Positions 63,601-64,000 of a DNA stretch of 64,000 nucleotides are shown here, in pieces (the stretch's first letter is position 1; every line of letters starts with the position of its first letter). This DNA comes from Glycera tridactyla (Eukaryota), in the NCBI GenBank assembly GCA_965644265.1, contig OZ286462.1:31620001-31684000 (forward strand), in the 5' to 3' direction. The position numbers and the translations under genes were made by a program. Below the pieces are notes generated by a model. The model was not told the DNA's origin and did no database searches. It saw only the letters and a list, made by a program, of their open reading frames with translations.

Positions 63601-64000
63601 TCCTCAGTGAGGAAGCTAACAAAATTGACATTGAATATACAGTCTTGTAACTATCATGCATGCAACCTAAAGAGAGAGTAAAATCAAGCTTAGTCAATCC
63701 ATGAACCAACTGAGTTCACAGCAGCTGTCCTGCACTTTACGATGCCTGGCAGATGGTGTCATGAATTATCTGTGAGATGACCATCTACTAAGCAAAAACC
63801 AGACAGTGCCACTCCTTTTCATGTTCAGAGGCAACTGTGGCCAATGTACAATCCATAACTATTACTATTACGAAATGGCTGCCATGGATGACCAAAACAC
63901 CCACACCCATACCCACACACCCAATGGGTTCACATTGGCTTGGATTCATTTTGCAGAAAGAAATAGTGAAAAGACCAAACTTCTACAGAGATTTGATCAA

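Overview
Eukaryotic scaffold DNA from a marine-invertebrate-like animal, repeat-rich, with about ten N gaps. The only host gene I can support is a STIM (stromal interaction molecule) gene on the minus strand. Eleven phase-compatible GT-AG exons between 17886 and 432 encode the EF-hand, SAM, TM, CC1, CAD/SOAR and the start of the C-terminal tail. The signal-peptide exon was not found and the 3' end lies left of the window. A candidate CpG-island promoter near 34.9 kb lies inside a near-identical 5.5-kb tandem duplication (30808-36328 / 36329-41858) that also holds a 210-bp repeat array and tRNA-derived SINEs. The right end is a nested stack. A near full-length CR1/L2-group LINE (ORF1, plus ORF2 with a 2A-like peptide) appears to sit antisense in the 3' UTR of an older related LINE. 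Its ORF2 is interrupted by two Helentron-type (HINE/DINE-like) elements carrying satellite arrays, and removing both restores the frame. The rest is dense in Tc1/mariner-type MITEs (TA TSD) and hAT-like elements with 5-, 6- and 8-bp TSDs. All coordinates were read by eye; no searches were run.
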